Below, piece by piece: positions 1-9,138 of a DNA stretch of 64,000 bases (position 1 is the first letter of the stretch; each line of letters starts with the position of its first letter). The notes under the pieces are model-generated. The model ran no database searches, had not been told where the DNA came from, and saw only the letters and a list, made by a program, of their open reading frames with translations. A program made the position numbers and the translations under genes. The stretch covers positions 2,976,001 through 3,040,000 of the forward strand of contig OY820591.1 in NCBI GenBank assembly GCA_963555985.3, given 5' to 3'. This DNA is from Dehalococcoidia bacterium (GTDB lineage Bacteria > Chloroflexota > Dehalococcoidia > Bin125).

Positions 1-75
1 CAGCTCGGGGAAGTCGGGCGCAACGGCAAGGACAGAACCCTCGTCTTCGCGCAAGGTGATCGGATAGGCGAGCAT
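1..75 (-). CDS. hicB: HicB-family antitoxin, 5' part (runs off window)
   Basis: Manual translation MLAYPITLREDEGSVLAVAPDFPEL; ATG overlaps hicA stop (TAATG). Confidence 0.85.
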   Translation of the reverse strand, partial: MLAYPITLREDEGSVLAVAPDFPEL

Positions 76-263
76 TAGTCCAACCCCAAGTCCTTCTTGA
101 TCTTGGCAACCAGGCCGGGGCCGAGTTCCTTGCGGCCACCGTGCATCGGCAGCTGGCTGGTGCGGTCTCCGCGCCGAACAGTGAGATGTCCACTGCCTCC
201 CTTGTGCGTGTGGAACGTGCAGCCCCGCTTCTTCAGCCAACGGCGAAGTTCAGAGGCGTTCAT
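75..263 (-). CDS. hicA: HicA-family mRNA interferase toxin
   Basis: 62 aa, ELRRWL..GC...GSGH..V....PMH..KEL..GL...IKKDLGL pattern. Confidence 0.92.
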   Translation of the reverse strand: MNASELRRWLKKRGCTFHTHKGGSGHLTVRRGDRTSQLPMHGGRKELGPGLVAKIKKDLGLD

Positions 264-271
264 TGACTCTG

Positions 272-300
272 ATCATGCGCGGCAGCGACGGCGATGTCAA
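272..300 (-). promoter_or_regulatory. sigma70-type promoter of hicAB
   Basis: TTGACA-17 bp-CATGAT, 8 nt before ATG (leaderless-like). Confidence 0.65.
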
Positions 301-437
301 CGCAGGCCTGCCGGAGTAAGCCCTAAGTCTTGCCCGGCCTCCTTCCAGCCAACCCCCTCACCTGATGCGTTAGCCTGCGCATAGTTAGAACCCACTCTGA
401 TGCGCGGGATACCCGTGCGTGGAAATGAGGCACTCGG

Positions 438-1610
438 ATGAAGGTCGGCGTTCACTTCAACTTCCAGAACTACACCGATTGGGACCGCTTCGACGCCCAG
501 CAGATCGCCGAAGAACCGGTGATCACCGACCAGCAGGTCTACGAGGAAGACATCCACCTGGGCGGCCTGGTGGAACCGCTCGGTTTCGACTCCTACTGGT
601 GCATCGACCACCACTTCTCGCCCTACATCATGACCTCCGGGGCGATGCAGAACATCACCTACTTCGCCGGCAAGACGGAGCGGATCGACTTCGGCACGAT
701 GGTGATCGTGCTGCCCTGGTACGACCCGGTCGCGATCGCCGAGCAGATCACGGTGCTCGACAACATGCTGATGGGCCGCCAGCTCACGCTCGGCTTGGGC
801 CGCGGCGCGGCCAAGCGCGAGTTCGACGCCTTCCGCTCGCCGATGGGCGAGTCCCGCGACCGTTTCATGGAGTCGCTGGAGGTCGTGCGCAAGGCGCTGA
901 CCCAGGAGTTCTTCTCGCACGAGGGCGACTTCTACACGATCCCCGAGACCACGATCCGCCCGCGTCCGCGCAACGCTCAGCGCCTGCTCGACTCGATGCG
1001 GGTCGCCTGGATCTCGCCGGAAACGCTCGAAATCGCGGCCAACGCCGGCCTGGGGATGCTCTTCACCAACTCCAAGCAGTGGCACGAGTACCAGGCCGAC
1101 GTACAGCGCTTCAATGAGATCCGGGTCGGGCACGGCTGGGAGCCGCGCCAGCCCACCGTGGTTGCCAACGTCGCCTGCTTCGACACTGAAGAAGAGGCCT
1201 GGGACGTCATGCTCCAGCACGTCGGCGAGTTCCAGGAGAGCGTTGAGCGCCACTACCACTTCTCCGAGTCGGCCCGCTTCGCGGCGACCAAGGGCTACAA
1301 GTACTACGCCGAGTTCGGCAAGACCAACGAGAAGACCACCCCGCTCCAGCGCGCCCAGTTCGCCGCCACCCCCCAGGCCTGGGGCACGCCCGACCAGGTG
1401 ATCGAGAAGCTGAAGCACATCCAGCAGATGACCGCCGCCGAAGAGATGATCATGAACTTCCGGATCAGCGGCGGGATGCCGGCCGACACCGCCGAGCGCA
1501 GCATGAGGCTGTTCGCCAAGGAAGTCCTGCCCGCGATCCACGAGCTCGAAGGCACGATGCCGGAAGAGCTGTCGGGGCGCGCCGTCGGCGAACCGGTCTC
1601 CGCTGACTAG
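438..1610 (+). CDS. LLM-class flavin-dependent oxidoreductase
   Basis: GFDSYWCIDHHF, LGLGRG, WGTPDQV, SMRLFAKEVLP luciferase-like motifs. Confidence 0.92.
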   Translation: MKVGVHFNFQNYTDWDRFDAQQIAEEPVITDQQVYEEDIHLGGLVEPLGFDSYWCIDHHFSPYIMTSGAMQNITYFAGKTERIDFGTMVIVLPWYDPVAIAEQITVLDNMLMGRQLTLGLGRGAAKREFDAFRSPMGESRDRFMESLEVVRKALTQEFFSHEGDFYTIPETTIRPRPRNAQRLLDSMRVAWISPETLEIAANAGLGMLFTNSKQWHEYQADVQRFNEIRVGHGWEPRQPTVVANVACFDTEEEAWDVMLQHVGEFQESVERHYHFSESARFAATKGYKYYAEFGKTNEKTTPLQRAQFAATPQAWGTPDQVIEKLKHIQQMTAAEEMIMNFRISGGMPADTAERSMRLFAKEVLPAIHELEGTMPEELSGRAVGEPVSAD

Positions 1611-1614
1611 ACGG

Positions 1615-2751
1615 ATGTCAGACATCGATCTGCAAGGCAGTTGCGACCCACGCTTTAGCGTCGTCCGCGACGCCTTCGCCGCCAACTGGTCCGCCCACGA
1701 TGAGGTCGGCGCGTCGCTCTGCGTGATCGTGGGCGGTGAGACCGTGGTTGATCTCTGGGGCGGTTATGCCGACGCCGAGCGTTCCCGTTCGTGGGAGCGC
1801 GACACGATCGCCAACGTCTATTCCTCGACCAAGGGCATCGCCGCGGTCGCAGCCGCGATGCTGGTTGATCGCGGCCAACTTGATGTCGAGCGACCGGTGA
1901 TCGACTACTGGCCCGAGTTCGGTCAGGCGGGCAAGTCTGAGATCAAGGTCAAACACCTGCTCACGCACGAGGCCGGACTCGCGGGCGTGGATGAGGAACT
2001 CCCGGACGGCGCCGTGCTGGACTGGGAGCGCATGATCGGAGCGCTCGAACGCCAGGCGCCGATGTGGACGCCCGGCGAGGGCATGGGCTACCACGCGATC
2101 ACCTACGGCTGGCTGGTTGGGGAGATCATTCGCCGGATCGATGGCCGCACCTGCGGAGAGTTCGTCCGCGACGAGATCGCCGGCCCGCTCGGTGTGGACT
2201 TCTTCATCGGTTTGCCCGAGTCGGAAGACGCTCGCACTGCCGCCCTGATTGCCGCGCCCGGCACCGGGCCGATCGGGAGCGGCGCACAGGACACGCTCGC
2301 CGGTCACGCGCTTGGACTCGCGGCCCCAAGACTGGCGGGAACGGTCAACTCGCGCGAATGGCGGGCAGCGGAGCTGCCTGCTGCCAACGGTCACGGCAAC
2401 GGACGCGCGATGGCCGCGATCTATTCCGCCCTCGCTCAGGGCGGCGAAGGCCTCTTGTCGCAAGAGGCGGTTGAGGCCTGCGGCGCGACCGAGTATGTCG
2501 CCCGCGAAGACCTGGTGCTCGGCTTCCTCGTGCGCCGCTCGCTCGGATTTATCCTCAGCACCGCCGGCGGGCGCTATGAGTGGGGTCCCAACCCGCGCAC
2601 CTTCGGGCACTCCGGCGCCGGCGGCTCGCTCGGCTTCGCCGACCCCGATGCGCAGATCGGTTTCGGCTACGTGATGAATCAGATGTCGGCCGGTCTGGGC
2701 GCGGATCCGCGCTGGAAGCCGATGATCGATGCGGTCTACGCGAGCGTGTGA
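1615..2751 (+). CDS. Serine hydrolase (beta-lactamase class C/esterase family)
   Basis: SSTK (SxxK), LLTHEAGL, YH, FGHSGAGGS. Confidence 0.92.
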   Translation: MSDIDLQGSCDPRFSVVRDAFAANWSAHDEVGASLCVIVGGETVVDLWGGYADAERSRSWERDTIANVYSSTKGIAAVAAAMLVDRGQLDVERPVIDYWPEFGQAGKSEIKVKHLLTHEAGLAGVDEELPDGAVLDWERMIGALERQAPMWTPGEGMGYHAITYGWLVGEIIRRIDGRTCGEFVRDEIAGPLGVDFFIGLPESEDARTAALIAAPGTGPIGSGAQDTLAGHALGLAAPRLAGTVNSREWRAAELPAANGHGNGRAMAAIYSALAQGGEGLLSQEAVEACGATEYVAREDLVLGFLVRRSLGFILSTAGGRYEWGPNPRTFGHSGAGGSLGFADPDAQIGFGYVMNQMSAGLGADPRWKPMIDAVYASV

Positions 2752-2811
2752 AATTCCAGTCATCTGACGCTGCGGTATGGTGAGTTCTCCGAACAGCTCG
2801 GGGAGGTCGAA

Positions 2812-3102
2812 GTGACCACAGAGCAGCGATGGAAACCGATCAAGCCTGCTCCGCCAGTGAGCTTCGATGAGTCGCCCCAGGAGTTACGCAGACGGCACGT
2901 GCAGGCCGAGCGCAACTGGAATTACCTACACGAGATTTGGGACGAGCTCCTGCGCGATCACCGTGGCAAGTGGTTAGTTATCTGGGGCGACCAGCATCTG
3001 CTCATCGGCGATGAGCCGGCAGACGTGCTGAACGATTTGCCGGGTGTTGAACGTAGCCATTGCCTCTTTCGGGTGATCGCCCCCGAAGAGGACTTTCACT
3101 AG
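2812..3102 (+). CDS. Small DUF5678-like protein
   Basis: ELLRDHRGKWLVIWGD pattern; GGAGG RBS; coupled to the downstream protease-like gene. Confidence 0.55.
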   Translation: MTTEQRWKPIKPAPPVSFDESPQELRRRHVQAERNWNYLHEIWDELLRDHRGKWLVIWGDQHLLIGDEPADVLNDLPGVERSHCLFRVIAPEEDFH

Positions 3103-3106
3103 CCGT

Positions 3107-3580
3107 ATGCAATTCTATGGGCGCGTCGATCCCGCCCAACGCTTTCGTGATGGCGCGATCAGCGGCGGTCGTGCATGGATGTATATGCGTGTCGCGATCC
3201 CTGAGCCGGGACGCTGGACTTGGCTGTTGATCGACACTGCTGCCACTACATCGGTGCTTCAGCCGCGTGACGCAGCCGAGATCCTTGGCAGTGCTTTCTG
3301 GGATATCGACTTCTCCCGTGATCCTCGCAGGATCCAGTCTGTCGGCGTCGGCGGAGTTGTGAGTCGAGTCGTCCGACAAGCATTGCTCGAAATCCTCTCA
3401 AGCGAGGATGAACTGTTTCGGCTCAACCTCCCCATCCTGATCGCTGAGCCTGTTCCCTCAATTCCCTCCGACGCCGGCAACTGGCGACTCCCCAGCCTGC
3501 TTGGACGCGACTTCCTGCGGCACTTTCGGCTCGAACTGAGCTACGGCGACGCTCCGCAGGTGCTGCTGGAAACGCTTTAG
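3107..3580 (+). CDS. Retropepsin-like (clan AA) aspartyl protease
   Basis: LIDTAATTSVL, VGVGG flap, SLLGRDFL. Confidence 0.7.
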   Translation: MQFYGRVDPAQRFRDGAISGGRAWMYMRVAIPEPGRWTWLLIDTAATTSVLQPRDAAEILGSAFWDIDFSRDPRRIQSVGVGGVVSRVVRQALLEILSSEDELFRLNLPILIAEPVPSIPSDAGNWRLPSLLGRDFLRHFRLELSYGDAPQVLLETL

Positions 3581-4413
3581 GCGGCGAAGCGTTTGCTGCC
3601 TCGATTGAGGTGGTAGCGCAGTTCTGCCTCCGTTCGTTTCCGCTTGGCCGGCGTCCAGCCCAGTTCGCGGGCCAGCTTCAGCGCCGGTTGGCGTGTGCCT
3701 GCTGAGAAGGGGCCGCGCGTCTCGTGGAATGTGTTGATGCGCACGCTGGAGACGCCGGTCTCGATGATCTTCCGCGCGAACGCCGCCGGATCATCCAGCG
3801 GCAACAACGGCGAGACTCCAATCCCGGTGCGAATTCCGGCGTCCGCAATCTTCGCTACCGCCTCTAGTCGCCGCTCGATGCTCGCGCACTGCGGCTCAAA
3901 CTTGCGCCGCACCTCTTCCGAGTCGGTGGTGATGCTCAGATTGACGCGGATGCGCTCGAACTCTTGGAAGAGATCGATGTCCCGCGCTGCGATCGGGCTG
4001 CGCGTCTGCACGGTCAGGTTCGCGCCCCGTCGCGCGAGGATGGGCAGCAACGAGCGGGTGAGTTCCAGCCGCTGCTCAATCGGCTGATAGGGATCGGTTG
4101 CGCTGCTCATCAGCACCGACTTGCCGCGCAAATCCACCCGCGAGTTGCGCAGCTTCTCGACCGCGTTCGTCTTCACCCGCACCCAGCGCCCCCACTGCTC
4201 CCGCTGATCGTCGTCGGGCACGAAGAAGGCCGCGTAGCAGTAGGTGCAGGCAAAGGTGCAGCCCTGATAGGGGTTCAGCGAGAAATCCACCGCCGACAGC
4301 CGCCCCGCCGGCCGATGCAGAATGGCGGACGCATCCGCATAGAGCACATCGGCAGGGCCAAGGCTGTCCGGTCGGTTCGAGGAGGGGTTGGGGTCAAAGA
4401 GAGTGAGTTGCAT
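3577..4413 (-). CDS. SPL-like radical SAM protein (DNA repair photolyase family)
   Basis: LNPYQGCTFACTYCYA, SSATDPYQPIE; start reset to MQLTLF behind a TTGCAT-17-TACTAT promoter. Confidence 0.88.
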   Translation of the reverse strand: MQLTLFDPNPSSNRPDSLGPADVLYADASAILHRPAGRLSAVDFSLNPYQGCTFACTYCYAAFFVPDDDQREQWGRWVRVKTNAVEKLRNSRVDLRGKSVLMSSATDPYQPIEQRLELTRSLLPILARRGANLTVQTRSPIAARDIDLFQEFERIRVNLSITTDSEEVRRKFEPQCASIERRLEAVAKIADAGIRTGIGVSPLLPLDDPAAFARKIIETGVSSVRINTFHETRGPFSAGTRQPALKLARELGWTPAKRKRTEAELRYHLNRGSKRFAA

Positions 4414-4707
4414 AGTGAAGAATAGTACATGCGTATCACTCAGAATGCAACAGGGGTTCGTTATTCTCTGTGCATCCCCAGAAACAGAGGCCGCTGCGGA
4501 CGCTGCGTTCTTCCCTCTTCCCTGCACTACTGAGATCGCCGAGCTTGTGGCACCGTCATACCCGCGCTTGTCGTGGAGCCTGTTTCCGCGAAGGGCGAGC
4601 TTTGCGAAAGTCCACTGCGGGCGGCGGAGGACTTGGAGGAGCGGAGCTCGTGATGTGAGGTCGGTAGTACGTCCAGATGTAGAGGTGGCTTCGGACTTGG
4701 TTGCTTC

Positions 4708-4758
4708 GAGATTCCCGCCTGCGCGGGAATGACGGAATTTGGGATTACGCGCAGGTCT
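4708..4758 (+). repeat. REP family 1 (GATTCCCGC..GCGGGAATGAC) with extended tail; empty equivalent of the IS30 target
   Basis: Same ~50-bp unit at 60555-60600 and 40460-40500. Confidence 0.85.
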
Positions 4759-4762
4759 CTTT

Positions 4763-4803
4763 AGGGACAGAGGGGGGTCCCTCTCAACTCGGAGAGGGAC
4801 CCC
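4763..4803. repeat. Half REP family 2 unit fused to a terminator-like hairpin
   Basis: TAGGGACAGAGGGGGGTCC; GGGTCCCTCTC-loop-GAGAGGGACCC. Confidence 0.6.
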
Positions 4804-4833
4804 GCAACCGATCTGCCTCAACCCGAACAGGCC

Positions 4834-6543
4834 CTAGCGGGCGCCCCGAATCAGCTGACCCGGACGCGCGCCCGTTTCCTCGCCGTGGCGCGCGATCACT
4901 TCGCCGCTGACGACTGTGGCGATATAGCCGCGTGACTTCTGGATCAGGCGCATGGCGTCGGTAGGGAGATCGTGGACGGCCTGCGGGCGCTCCAGTTGCA
5001 GCGCCTCGTAGTCGATCACGTTGACATCGCCCTTCTTGCCGACTTCGAGCGTGCCGCGGTCGCCGAGACCGTAGAGTGCGGCGGTGTCGTGCGTCATGCG
5101 CTTCACGACCCACTCCAGGGGCAGCTTTTCGCCGCGGCTGCGGTCGCGGGTCCAGTGCGTGAGCATGAAGGTCGGCATGGAGGCGTCGCAGATCACGCCG
5201 CAGTGGGCGCCGCCGTCGGAGAGGCCCATCGCCACGCGCGGGTGCATCATCATCTCGCGGGTCGCGTCGAGGTTGCCCTGGGCGTAGTTGAAGAGCGGGG
5301 CGAAGAGCACGTTGTCGCCGTCGCCCGCGCTGAGGAAGTCGTAGGCGAACTCCAGCGGGGTCTGAGCGGCGGCTTCGGCTTGGGCCGTGACCGACTCGTC
5401 CGGCGTCGGTTCGTAGTTGGGCGGGTCGCTCATCGGGTAGAGCTTGTCCCACATGATGAAACCGAGCGCCGCGTCGGGAGCCGCGACTTCGCTCAGGATC
5501 CGCTCGCGCCGCTGCGGGTCGCGCATCGCGGCCGCGCGCTCTTCCCAGGCCAGTTCGTCCAACTCGCGGTAGCTGGGGGAGTGGATGAACGGATGCCGCC
5601 CGCGCAGAGTGAGCAGCAGCGAGATACCGCGCGCCGCCACCTGCGGGTAGAGCTCCGCGCCGTCTTCCTGGGCCTCCAGCGAGCGCTCCAGCGCCTCACG
5701 CCAGGCCTCGGGGTCGTTGTCGTACTGGACCATCGCGAAGCTCACGGGCCGCTCGATTTCGGCCGAGAGCTTGTGCATCCAGGAGATCTCCAAGTCAGGC
5801 GCATTCGCGTCGTCGCCGGTCACGCCTGCGGGAGCGACCTCGTAGATTCCGGTACCGAGTTCCTTCAGCGCCTTCCCGATCCCGAACAGCTCGTCCTCAG
5901 CGGCGAACGTGCCCGGAACCGGCTCACCGTCAATCGCGCGGTGAGCAAGCGTGCGCGAGGTGGAAAACCCCAACGCCCCGGCCTTGAGTCCCTCTTTGAC
6001 GATCGCTGCCATCTCCTGAATGTCCTCAGGATTGGCGTCCTCGTTGCGAGCGCCGCGGTCGCCCATCACGTAGGCGCGAACGGCGCCGTGCGGGACCTGG
6101 GTGCCGATGTCAATCGCCTTGGGCAGCGTGTCGAGGAAGTCGAGGTACTCCGGGAACGATTCCCAGTTCCACTGAATGCCCTCGGCCAGAGCCGAGCCGG
6201 GGATGTCCTCGACGCCCTCCATCAGGCCGATCAGCCAGTCGCGGCGGTTGGGCGCGGCCGGCGCGAAGCCGACCCCGCAGTTGCCGAAGACGACCGTGGT
6301 GACGCCGTGCCAGAACGAGGGCGTGAGCAGCGGATCCCAGGTGATCTGTCCGTCGAAGTGGGTGTGGATATCGACGAAGCCGGGGGTGACCAACAGACCG
6401 TCGGCGTCAATCTCTTCGCGTCCAAGATCGTTCACCTCGCCGACAGCGGCGACGACGCCGTCGTCAATGGCGACATCGGCCTTGCGCGCCGCAGCGCCGG
6501 TACCGTCAACGACGAGTCCGTTGCGGATGACGAGATCGTGCAT
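4834..6543 (-). CDS. N-acyl-D-amino-acid deacylase family amidohydrolase
   Basis: PGFVDIHTHFD, GVTTVVFGNCG, SDGGAH; start at MHDLVIRNG. Confidence 0.92.
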   Translation of the reverse strand: MHDLVIRNGLVVDGTGAAARKADVAIDDGVVAAVGEVNDLGREEIDADGLLVTPGFVDIHTHFDGQITWDPLLTPSFWHGVTTVVFGNCGVGFAPAAPNRRDWLIGLMEGVEDIPGSALAEGIQWNWESFPEYLDFLDTLPKAIDIGTQVPHGAVRAYVMGDRGARNEDANPEDIQEMAAIVKEGLKAGALGFSTSRTLAHRAIDGEPVPGTFAAEDELFGIGKALKELGTGIYEVAPAGVTGDDANAPDLEISWMHKLSAEIERPVSFAMVQYDNDPEAWREALERSLEAQEDGAELYPQVAARGISLLLTLRGRHPFIHSPSYRELDELAWEERAAAMRDPQRRERILSEVAAPDAALGFIMWDKLYPMSDPPNYEPTPDESVTAQAEAAAQTPLEFAYDFLSAGDGDNVLFAPLFNYAQGNLDATREMMMHPRVAMGLSDGGAHCGVICDASMPTFMLTHWTRDRSRGEKLPLEWVVKRMTHDTAALYGLGDRGTLEVGKKGDVNVIDYEALQLERPQAVHDLPTDAMRLIQKSRGYIATVVSGEVIARHGEETGARPGQLIRGAR

Positions 6544-6666
6544 GTTTTGTCCTTCACATCGGCTGTTGCGCGGAAGCGCATGGCTGGAGGGCGCACCAAT
6601 CAGGTGCGCCTTGATGCGCGCAGTATGCCAGATCAACCGTCATGCCGCGCGTGAGCGGTCGGATTC

Positions 6667-6791
6667 GTCCAGTTTCAGCCGGTGTTGTCCAATCTTGTCC
6701 AAATGTGTCCAATCCTGTCCAAGTGGTTCCAAGGAGTTCCAATGTCGTCCAACCGCGTCCAACGGCTTTTGCCAGGGTTTAGCTCGTCCAA
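6667..6791 (-). repeat. Phased 10-bp repeat array, unit TTGGA(C/A)NNNN
   Basis: (G/T)TCCAA at 6687, 6697, 6707, 6717, 6727, 6737, 6747, 6757; extra units at 6667 and 6786. Confidence 0.92.
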
Positions 6792-7270
6792 GCGTTGGTT
6801 GGGGTATGTCCGTCGCTCGCAGCGGCCTCTTGTCGATGTTGCTGTTCCTCGTATTCGGCATATTCCTTCCAGGCGACGACCCTGCCCTGGTATTCCACAG
6901 CTTGCTGGCGCTGTAGCTCGTCGTGATCGGCGAGTTGGGGCAGGGAGGCGAGCAGGAGGCGGAGTTCACGGGCGGCGTGGAGGCGATCTTTGACCGGGAT
7001 CGATTCCTGGTCGCCGCTCGGGGCGACGATCTGGAGAATGCTGTCGAGCAGCTGATCGACGGCGACGGCTTGCAGGAGTTGGAAGCGATGTCGCTCGTAT
7101 TCCTGGAGGTAGTTGGCTGCGGTGCCGCGAGAGCAACCCATTTGCTCGGCGATTTGGCGCAATTTGAGTCCCTTGGCGCGGAGCCGTCCGGCTTCGAGGA
7201 GCAATGGGCGGCGTTCGAGGGGAGGCAGTTCGAGCGGTTCCGCTTCGGTGTGTTTGGGATGACAGGACAT
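6779..7270 (-). CDS. Orphan helix-turn-helix protein
   Basis: GLKLRQIAEQMGCSRGTAANYL HTH; GAGGAG RBS; start MSCHPK. Confidence 0.75.
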   Translation of the reverse strand: MSCHPKHTEAEPLELPPLERRPLLLEAGRLRAKGLKLRQIAEQMGCSRGTAANYLQEYERHRFQLLQAVAVDQLLDSILQIVAPSGDQESIPVKDRLHAARELRLLLASLPQLADHDELQRQQAVEYQGRVVAWKEYAEYEEQQHRQEAAASDGHTPTNAWTS

Positions 7271-7290
7271 GTGTGGACTCCTCGGTTGTT

Positions 7291-7332
7291 GTACAGATAT
7301 TCGATTATGGCCTGAGGAGGCCGAGTCGTCAA
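7291..7332 (-). promoter_or_regulatory. sigma70 promoter with LexA-like box
   Basis: TTGACG-17-CATAAT followed by GAAT-ATCT-GTAC (7291-7302). Confidence 0.65.
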
Positions 7333-7380
7333 ACGGCTGGCTCGCCCTATGTACAGCAGGATTCATTGCGGCGAGGGAGC

Positions 7381-7719
7381 TCAGCGGGGACGTTCGGGAG
7401 CGACGGCGAGGAAGGGGAACAGGGCAATGAAGGTGAGCAGGCTGGCCAGACCCCAGCGAATCGGATCACGCCCCTTGATCCGCGCCAGCCACGCCGCCAG
7501 GGCCGCATAGCCCACCCAGAGCACGCCCCAGGTCCAGCCGACCGCCTCGACGAAATCGTCGGGTTCGTTCTCCTCCGACACTTCAGCCGCAGTCTCGTTG
7601 TCCGACTGGTCGCCGGCATAATCCACAAGCGCGACGATGAACGGAATCCAGATCACATACAGCAGGATCGCGATCGCCAAACGATCGCGCGGCCAGAGCC
7701 AAGCGCGGAGGCCGCTCAC
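7381..7719 (-). CDS. Small membrane protein
   Basis: Three hydrophobic segments; ARIKGRDPIRWG motif; overlaps the upstream stop. Confidence 0.7.
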   Translation of the reverse strand: MSGLRAWLWPRDRLAIAILLYVIWIPFIVALVDYAGDQSDNETAAEVSEENEPDDFVEAVGWTWGVLWVGYAALAAWLARIKGRDPIRWGLASLLTFIALFPFLAVAPERPR

Positions 7720-8666
7720 CGCTGATGCACCAGCCGCTCACCCGGAATTGGAGAGCGGGCGTGAACGACGTAATCGCTCCGAATCGAGCCGACGTAGAGA
7801 TCGCACATGTCGTCGCCGCCCCAACTCACATTGGTCGGCGATTGCATGATCTCTCCCTCCAAGTCCTCGATCATCGTCACCACCTCAAACGACGGCGTAA
7901 TCGCCACCACCTTGTTCGACATCGGCAGCGTGACCCAGAGATTGCCCTCCTGGTCGAAGCCGCAACCGTCGGTCAGCCCCAACTCGCCCCGCTGCTGCGC
8001 ATTCAGCGGCCGCATCGCCTCGAGATCCGCCACCTTCTTGCCCAACTGCGGCCCATAGACCTCCGGCTCGCCCACGCTCCCATCGGCGTTGATCGGGTAG
8101 CGCAAGACATGACAGCCGGTGGTCGAGCAGACGTAGGCGTTCTCCTCGCCCGGATCCATCGTGATCCCGTTGGCGAACTCAATCTCCGTCGCCAGCATCG
8201 TCAGCGAGCCGTCGGTCTCAATGCGGAAGAGGAATCCGTCCGGATCGCCGGAAAACGCACCCGCGCCGCTGCGTGAGGTCGAATGCGTCACCCAAATCCG
8301 CCCCTGCGAGTCGACGTGCGGATAGTTCGACGCGACCAGCGGAATCCCGTCGATCTCGTCGGCCAGGACCTCGATCTCGCCGGTGTCCACATCCAGGCGC
8401 TGCACCGGACCAGGCTGACCGCCGGGATCGATCCCGCCGACGTTGGCGATGATGATTCGGCCCTGCTGGTCCATATTGTTGCCGTTGGGCGCGCCGCCGG
8501 CGTTGCCGACGCGGTTGAGCGTTCCATCGGGCAGAGCTTCAGCCGCCGCCGACGCCTGATCCGACATCCAGATCCGCCCGTCGCGCGAGACGACCACATC
8601 TTCGGGGCGCTGCACCCCGATCCCGACTTTGCTCAGTTGCGACTTGTGAATGGGCGTGAGCGGCAT
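7716..8666 (-). CDS. SMP-30/gluconolactonase family protein
   Basis: RPEDVV, PNG, FANGI, DGCGFDQEGNLWV, PTNVSWGG. Confidence 0.9.
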   Translation of the reverse strand: MPLTPIHKSQLSKVGIGVQRPEDVVVSRDGRIWMSDQASAAAEALPDGTLNRVGNAGGAPNGNNMDQQGRIIIANVGGIDPGGQPGPVQRLDVDTGEIEVLADEIDGIPLVASNYPHVDSQGRIWVTHSTSRSGAGAFSGDPDGFLFRIETDGSLTMLATEIEFANGITMDPGEENAYVCSTTGCHVLRYPINADGSVGEPEVYGPQLGKKVADLEAMRPLNAQQRGELGLTDGCGFDQEGNLWVTLPMSNKVVAITPSFEVVTMIEDLEGEIMQSPTNVSWGGDDMCDLYVGSIRSDYVVHARSPIPGERLVHQR

Positions 8667-8694
8667 GGTCTGTCTCCTGATTCATGCGCGTTGG

Positions 8695-9120
8695 CTACAA
8701 GAGGGAGTCGTGGTCGAGCAGGGAACGCGCGAGCGCGTCGTCGTCAGTCGTGACCGCGACGATAGCCTCTCCCGCTTGCCGATGCACGATGTGGATCGTG
8801 CGGACGTTGAGTTGATGTTGGCCGAAACGCTGGGCGACAGTGGCCAACGCGCCGGGCCGATCGGGCAGATGGAAGACAATCGCGTCGGAGCTGACGGCGC
8901 GCAGATCGACTTCGAGCAACGCGCGCAGAGCTCGGTCATCGTCGCTGGTGCTGAGCGTGATCACCCCCAGCGCGCCCGCGTGACGCCCGTCGATCGCTTC
9001 GATGTTGATCTCCGCTTTGGCCAGCGCCCCGGTCACTTGCGCCAGTCCGCCCGGTTGCGGAGGCACGATCACAATGATCCGGGGACGACTGCGAAGCTCG
9101 TCTGAGGAAGCGTGGCTCAT
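8695..9120 (-). CDS. Tandem ACT-domain protein
   Basis: QPGGLAQVTGALAKAEINIEAI and DRPGALATVAQRFGQHQLNV. Confidence 0.85.
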   Translation of the reverse strand: MSHASSDELRSRPRIIVIVPPQPGGLAQVTGALAKAEINIEAIDGRHAGALGVITLSTSDDDRALRALLEVDLRAVSSDAIVFHLPDRPGALATVAQRFGQHQLNVRTIHIVHRQAGEAIVAVTTDDDALARSLLDHDSLL

Positions 9121-9138
9121 GTCTGTCTGCTCGACTGG

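Noticed and set aside
297-1685. Long antisense ORFs (also 4972-6654, 32737-34308, 41967-43886 and others)
   Set aside because: Shadows of well-supported genes on the opposite strand, typical of high GC
6667-6791. CRISPR array
   Set aside because: Units are 6-bp cores at a 10-bp period with 4-nt gaps; no 25-40-bp repeats or spacers and no cas genes
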